Shown piece by piece: positions 56,935 to 64,000 of a stretch of DNA of 64,000 nucleotides (the stretch's first letter is position 1; every line of letters begins with the position of its first letter). The stretch lies in NCBI RefSeq assembly GCF_009914755.1, contig NC_060927.1. One strand, written 5' to 3'. Below the pieces are notes generated by a model. That model did no database searches, was not told the DNA's origin, and saw nothing but the letters and a program-made list of their open reading frames with translations. Position numbers and translations under genes: made by a program. The DNA is from the human T2T-CHM13v2.0 reference genome, Homo sapiens.

Positions 56935-57125
56935 TTTATTTATTTATTTATTTAATAATTTTAACTTTTATTTTAGGTGCAGCTTTGTTACATGGGGTAT
57001 GAATGATTCTGTGGTCCAGGTAGTGAGCATTGTACCTAATGAGTAGTTTTTCAGCCCTTACCCTCTTCCTTCTCTCTCTCTAGTAGTCTCCAGTGTGTAT
57101 TGTTCCCATCTTATAATCTATGTAT
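56935..57125 (-). mobile_element. Old primate L1 (L1PA15/16-like) 3' fragment
   Basis: T-rich tail, then ccaggtagtgagcattgtacctaat..gtagtctccagtgtgtattgttcccatctt. Confidence 0.6.
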
Positions 57126-59544
57126 TTCACTATTTTTATAAAGTCAATCCACCCCAGCATTTACTAAGCCCTAGAGCATTCCATAGAATTATTTGGTCAG
57201 AGTCATTCATTATGGACTCATATTTGTTCTGCAGGCAATTCAGTGTGAAATATTTTAAACAGAGAAATGACATGATCAGAGTAGCAATTTAGAAATACCA
57301 CTCAGGCTGTTAAGTAGCGAATGAATGAAGTGGGAAGGGAAATAGAAGTCCAATGAGAGTTTGAAGTAAATCTGTGACACTGGAAAGATTATAAAGATAT
57401 TAAGGAAGAAAAAACTATAAGTCTCAATATCTATGTAGATGTTGGAGTTGAGGGAGAAGAAAAGGAGGAAGAAGAAATTAAAGATTACTCCCCAAACTTT
57501 TGGTTAACGTCATTGAACATACCATTCACCTACATGTGAATCACAGTAAGAACAGGTTTGAGGGCCAAGGAATAGTTTAATATTTGGCCATGAAAAGTCT
57601 CACATTCTTTGACTTCTAATAAGTACCATAAGTCTCTGAACCCATGACAGGTAATCATTGTTTCTTCTAGCAAAATGCCTGTGTCTCTGTTTCTAAATGA
57701 GCCATGCTACTCATGGTGGTTTATTGATTGCTGTGATTTGATGCCTGGAGGCAACCTTCCGTTGGATCCCTGAGGAGGAAAAGGCGCTTGAAGACCAGAA
57801 AAGAACAGATGATTCCATTTGTATAGCTTAATCAGTCTGCAAACCACAAATGGGCAATGTGGGATTTACTGACAGACAGGAGGAAGTCTTGGCACAGCCA
57901 GGAAACTTGATTACTATGTATTTCTAACTCATTTACTTGCTTCTCTTAATTATTGCCTAATGCAACCACCATAGGTGTTCAGGACTTGAAATTTTGTTTT
58001 AGAATAAGAGAACAATACAGATCCCAAAAGCATGGAGAAATTAGCTACTCCTAACCAATCATACATGAATGATCCACACAAAATAGTTTTGCTACTGCTA
58101 TGTCCAAGCCAATTCTGGGTGTTTATAGTAGATTGGACTGACCACCCTCAGATAATGAAAAGACACTCAGACATCTAGCCAGATTCACACACGTGGTTCT
58201 GGACCCTCCGTTTTATCACTACTATTCGTCATGGTCCCTGCTCTGGTCTAGTGTCCACGACATTTCTTTGGATTACTTGGGCTGAATGTCTAGTTTATCC
58301 TTGGGCACAAAATCATCAGGACATTTTAGGGCCTTGCCAATCCTTGGGATTCTCTCAGTCTTGGCTCCACTGGGCAACCATCATATCTGACCTGGGTCTG
58401 GATCCTGGGTTCTCCTCACTGCAGAATTGGCTGCTGGCTGGGACCTTATGTAGACTTACTCCAGCCACCCTCTAAATGTCTGGAAACCAAGTTTAAGATA
58501 ATACAATATTTCTCTTTTTTCCTGAAATTTTGTTTAGTTATTTGTGACGTGATTTATTTCAGTTCCCAGAAGCTTATTTTCTACATCACTTAGCCTTTCT
58601 GCATAGATTCAGCCATTTCTGGCCAATCTTTCCCTCACTGAGTTATGATGCTTAGTTATCTAGTGTGAGAAAAACAGCTTGGAAGTTCCTCGATGAAACA
58701 AGAAAACCAAAAATTTGTACTAAGCTGTTAGCCTAACATTGCTACCACTGAAACTCTGTTTGTCAAAGAGAAGCAATTCTCCTCCTCTAAACAATAATTA
58801 TGACAGACAGACTTTTGGGTGGATCACTTTCCTGGGAGATAAAATGACTTGGTTCTTTGAGTCAGCCAGGAAGACATCCTATTCCTTCCACCGAGATGGA
58901 GTCAGACACACATTTGCAAGATGGACAAGCAGAGAGCTGAGATTTTGGCAGTGTTAAGCAGGGCCACTGACCTATCCCACCAGGCTTATTTCCCAAGTAA
59001 TTGAACTTTTCTTCTCATTTCATCCCATCATTGGACAGACCAATAGATTTATTTGTCTTTGGAGAGATAAAACAGATCTTCTTTACCTGGAAGTGTAAAC
59101 CCATCCATTCACTGATGGAAATGGCCCTCCTTTTAAAGTGGTCTCATCTATAACTACTTTGAGAGGCCAGCAACATTATTAGAACCTAATTAGAAATTTC
59201 TTCTGGCTATCATAACATTCAACGTATTTTCAAAGGTAGTTTTTGATAAATGGACCCAAGTTTCTATCTAAATCCATCTCCCACATAAAGGTTATCATTT
59301 TTGAAAAAGCACACATCGAAATGTATTAATCCATATAGTGGCAAAGCATTTTAAAAGTTCATTTCAAAGAGCATCAGTACTATGGGAGGTTAATAGGTAT
59401 TAATGAAAAATTAAAAAGGGCCAGATCCTCAAATACATTTGGATTACCCTGAGATGATAGAAGTTAAACCGTTTTTGCTATTGCAGAAACTCTGAGAGCC
59501 TTTGAAATGACAATGTGCAATGCCTATTACTAGGAGGAGGTAAA

Positions 59545-59665
59545 CCAGCCACCAAGGGCACAAAATTTAAGGAAGCAGTCATTCTTAGGGTATTACAAGT
59601 GCAGGGTTGCCGCTTGCATTAAGCTGACAGCAGCTGCTTCCTTAAATTTTGTATTCTATACATCT
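59545..59665. mobile_element. MER91-like palindromic MITE core
   Basis: gggcacaaaatttaagg..caagtgcagggt..ccttaaattttg. Confidence 0.65.
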
Positions 59666-59814
59666 ACTACATTGTCAATAATTGTTAAGATTAGGGCATA
59701 ATATACAATCTTCCCCAACTTATTTGGCCAAGAAAATAACTTGTTTATGTATCTGAATTTAGGTAAAACTCATAGTGACATTAGTGTCTTGTGAAAGAAG
59801 TTTGAGAAATATTT

Positions 59815-60960
59815 TTTTCATTCAATTAATGCTATATTTTGAGTGCCTACTATGTATAAAATAATGGCAAGACACCGGTAATATGGAAATGAAAATGAAA
59901 ACTATCCCTTTCCTTAAAAACTTGGAACACAGTAGGGGAAGTCAGTTCAAATAAACCAACTACACAATTTAATAAGTGCTATGCTAGTGGTGCATTTAAT
60001 GTGGAGTACGGTGGGTTTGGAGTGGATAGCAATCTGACTGAGCCAGGAGTTTGAGGAAAGCCAGTGAAGGACTTACAGTAGAATTGAGTGGGGAAGCTGA
60101 GTTGTGAAGGATGAATGCAATGAAGCCTGAAGTATGACAGGATGTGGGTCTTCTAGGTACAAGGAGCAGCAAGTGTGTGCTAAATGCACTGAGATATGAG
60201 AACCCACAGTGTGCCTGGGGCACTGCACAGTGTTGGTTATGCCTGCTGAAATGGAGCCAAGGGGAGGAAGACAACTTTCATTGAAATCAACTGGCCTTAA
60301 GGAAAGGATACTCTAGGAGGTTGATAATAGTGGAGAACTGAGAGGAAGGGCAAGAACAGTGAAGGTCTGTATGAATATATGTATATAAACAACCTTCATA
60401 AACCAATGTGTGACTAGAAGGGTATAGTAAACACATAATAAGAATCAACAGAACTAGGAAGAAGTCTAAAATCCCTACCATAGCTTGTAGACCCCTGATG
60501 GTCTCTGCCTACTTCTCTAGCCTCATTCCACAACACTCCCCCACCTCCCTGACACCCCCATTTTCCTTCTCACTGTCAGGCTTCAACCACACAGGCATTC
60601 TTTCCTACTTATGTCAGGGCCTTGGCACATGCTCTTCCTTCTGCCTGGAATGCTTTTCTCTCCAACTTTTTCTAGATACTCCTCCTCCAATTTCAGATAT
60701 CAGCCCATATGTTCCTTCCTCAGGTATTCAGGCTAGATCTAGCTTGTTATAAACTTTATTCTATCCTTGTACTTTTCCTTCATTGCACAGTTGGGATCAT
60801 ATGTTTTCATGATTACTTGATTAATGTATATTTACCCCCAAAACCGTAAGCTAGCTCCATGGGGCTGCAACCACTTCTATTTAACTTACAATTTTATTCC
60901 CAACAGCTAACAAGGAACTTTGTATATTTTAGGTGCTTTACAAGTAATTGTTGAATGAAC
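59815..60960. mobile_element. Two L2 fragments in opposite orientation (59815-60300 minus; 60470-60960 plus)
   Basis: ttgagtgcctactatg.. start of the minus copy; ..aggtgctttacaagtaattgttgaatgaa end of the plus copy. Confidence 0.65.
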
Positions 60961-62029
60961 GACATGGTTGGTTAGCTATCCACCAAATATTTGTGCTTTC
61001 CAGTGTAGGGTTATTGATGGGTGGGTACATTTCCTAGCCATTTGACTAGACACCGTCAAGGGAATGTGATGTGTTTCACCTCTGGACTAAAGTAGTTAGG
61101 AATGAGGTGTGCTCTCTCCATTCTCTTTTCCTATCCACCAGCTGGAGGTGTGAGACTTTAGGCTTTAGAAGAAGGTGGGATGATAAAGACACAGGTGTTT
61201 AAAACCAGGATGCCTGAATCATTGTATGAAGACTGCCCAAGAAAAACTTGATTAGATTTTTTTGACTAAGAAACACATCTTCATTTTACTAAGCCACTGA
61301 GAATTTAGTTTTTAAAAAATACATGTTAAATGATACATGTAAGGGAATAATGAAAGATTAAAATACAATCTAGATGTGATTGGAATGGAGCTGGTTCTCT
61401 AGCCCACATTAGCTAAGAATTTTCAAGAATATTTCATAAAAACAAGCTAGGAATTAATATAAACATTATTGTTGCCATATTTGTGTTTGTTCAGGTTGAC
61501 CATATAGTAAAATGGCTATAGCTTTCATTCCAGACCAGGAGTTTTATTATTCTCCCCTCATCTAGTTGATATAAGAGCCCCTACTGGACTGTTACAAATG
61601 AACTCTTGGGCTGCATGGACGATATCCAACTTTTACAGCCAAGATTTTCATGCTCAGAATGAGTAAAGTAGGTTTGCATAATTCCTTTAAGAATAATGTT
61701 TTACCAAGATTCGTTTTTGTTTGAGTGTGTAATGTATTACACTAGTATAATACTTCCACCAAACAAACTTCCCCCTCTCCTTTCCTTTTTCCCCCCTTTC
61801 ACAAATATTTTTTGAATACTAACCATGGGCCAGGTACTGTGCTAGTCACTGTAGATAAAATGATGAACAAGGCAGCCATTGCTTTTTCCATCACAAAGCC
61901 TATAATCTAGCAAGAAACACAGATAAGTAACTAAGCAACTACAATGCAGCATTGTAAATGCTATCTTAGAGAGTCTTCAGGGTGCTACAGGAACCCTTTG
62001 CAGGGCCAGTGAAGCAGATACTATCAATA

Positions 62030-62450
62030 TGTTCTACTCTGTCACATTGAATTCCTTTATCATTTTGAGGCACACCAGAGTTCCTGATGTCTTTTCTCTC
62101 TCAACACTCAGCACCTCAGCCTCTTTGTTGGAGGGCTGTCCTGAGACTGCTAGATTGTTCTCCTTGAGTGTGCAGTACTGGAAGTGCTTGGAGAAATCCT
62201 TACCAGTGACTGACACACAGCAAGGTTTAAATGTTGTTCATTGAGACAACTGAGATGTGACTACACTGTTTTTAGATATCCCTGGCAGGATTGGGCCAAA
62301 ATTCTCCTGAGATTTTGCTTTATATCCTACTTTTGCTTGTCTCCTTCTCCTCTCTGGTCCTAATTTTCCACTCTCCTATCCGTTATTTCTGGAAACACTT
62401 TCACATGAATCCTTATTTCAGGGTTGCTTCTGGAGGACCTGACCTAAGAT
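62030..62450 (+). mobile_element. LTR16-family LTR inserted in a minus-strand L2 (61790-62610)
   Basis: 3' end cacatgaatccttatttcagggttgcttctggaggacctgacctaagat. Confidence 0.5.
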
Positions 62451-63549
62451 TGGCATCTTACTCAGTCCAGAAGGTCAGGGAAGACTTCTTGGAAGACATG
62501 CCATCTAAAACAATGACTGATGGAGGAATGGAATCATCCAAGTGTACGGGGAGTGGATGGAAGACAAGAGCATTCTAGGTAGGTGAACAGGACAATTCAA
62601 AGGCTCCTCCTGGAGAAGCCACAGTTGGATGCAGGTTATCTCTTTAGAATCCACCTTAATTTTCCATTTCAGCAAGTTTTATGGTGAGCTCACATTTTCT
62701 TTAACCTTTATGTCCGTGATATAAAATTCCTGTTTTCTTATAATCAGCATTTATCAGGAGTCTTTTTTTAAAAAACAGAAAACAAAACGTATTTTTTCCT
62801 CATTTACTAATAGATTCACTGCCTATAACAGTGTGAATAATGTGTTGGCCAAAGGAGAATGAGATAGCCCATTATACTTATTGATATAAATTATCCTTGA
62901 TGAAGAAAGTCCATGTTCATCAATGCTGATATGACTGTGTCATCAATTTAATAGCTGAATGCTAAGGACCATTAAATTTATCACTATTTGCTATACCCTT
63001 ATTTATAATAGTGCCCAAGAGTAATATGTAATTAACTTCATGACTGATTGACAAAGTAAACTACAGGGTAATCAATCATATTGTATAAATGCTTGTCATT
63101 GGGCCACATGTGGAATATGGAGGTTGACTTGTGATGTTTCAGCACTTCCCTGTCTTGATTGTTGCTCTTGGCTGTTTAGATCTAAAGTCCCTATAAGTGT
63201 TGGACTTACTTATTTAAATAAGCTGGTTGCTACACCTTGAGATTCAGTCCAATCTTGCTGTCTAGCATGATCCTTAACCGATGTCCTTTGTGTGGGCATA
63301 TGGAGGACCTCTCCTTTCCTCTTGATCTAGAATGTCTTTTTTTTTTTTAGGTCTTCCCCATTCATAATTGTTTTCCTTTGCATACCAGCCCCTGCTTTCA
63401 CTTAGACTTTCTTCTGACATTTGTATTTAAAACTAGCAATTTGCACTCTCCTGCAATAGTTTCCCCTTACTGAAGTCATTTTGTAACTCTTCCTCCTCTC
63501 TCAGCTTGCCAGAAATGAGAAATGCCTATAAACTTCACCATGAGCAAGG

Positions 63550-63609
63550 ATAAGTGAGCCCAAGTCACGACAAATAAGCCCAAGTCACGGTAAATGAGCC
63601 CAAGTCAGG
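63550..63609. repeat. 20-bp tandem repeat, 3 copies
   Basis: ataagtgagcccaagtcacg / acaaataagcccaagtcacg / gtaaatgagcccaagtcagg. Confidence 0.9.
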
Positions 63610-63770
63610 TTTTCTCTCCAAGTATGGACTGTTTTGCAAAGCTTACAGTAACCCAGAAGGGTCAGCTTCTTTGCCTGTGATAGCTATTTGTAACTTTAGA
63701 AACTCCAGGTTTTGTGTGACCAAAAGGAAGACTAAGATAACTGTCATAATTCATTCCAGGAATAAAAATG

Positions 63771-64000
63771 GGCTGGGTGCAGTGGCTCATGCCTATAATC
63801 TCAGCACTTTGGGAGGCCAAGGCAGGCAGATCACTTGAGGTCAGGAGTTCAAGACCAGCCTGGCCAACATGGTGAAACCCCATGTCTACTAGAAATATGA
63901 AAATTAGCCAGGCGTGGTGGCGGGCACCTGTAATCCCAGCTACTCAGGAGGCTGAGGCAGGAGAATCACTTGAATCCAGGAGGTGGAGGTTGCAGTGAGC
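63771..64000 (+). mobile_element. AluS (Sx-like), cut by the window end
   Basis: ggctgggtgcagtggctcatgcc..tgcagtgagc. Confidence 0.92.

Overview
AT-rich human genomic DNA (AluYa5 and L1HS pre-Ta diagnostic bases indicate Homo sapiens). It covers an internal part of the copine-4 gene CPNE4 on the minus strand. Seven coding exons (99, 87, 60, 134, 55, 52 and 134 nt; 621 nt, 207 aa) can be read with canonical GT-AG boundaries and consistent phases. They encode the end of the second C2 domain and the N-terminal part of the copine vWA domain. I found no further exon in 39260-64000, which is part of one large intron. The rest of the window is dense in transposable elements: Alu, L1, L2, MIR, ERVL/MaLR LTRs, and Tigger, hAT-Charlie and MER91 DNA transposons. 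Nearly all ORFs in the supplied track are spurious. I see no convincing new gene or biological system. The best leads are a human-specific L1HS pre-Ta fragment, a near-consensus AluYa5, a five-element nest that includes a twin-primed L1 inversion, an Alu geometry that could control a frame-preserving circRNA, an intact antisense MLT2A1 LTR, and several perfect palindromes. Repeat subfamily calls come from recalled consensus sequences, and their boundaries are approximate unless a TSD is quoted.
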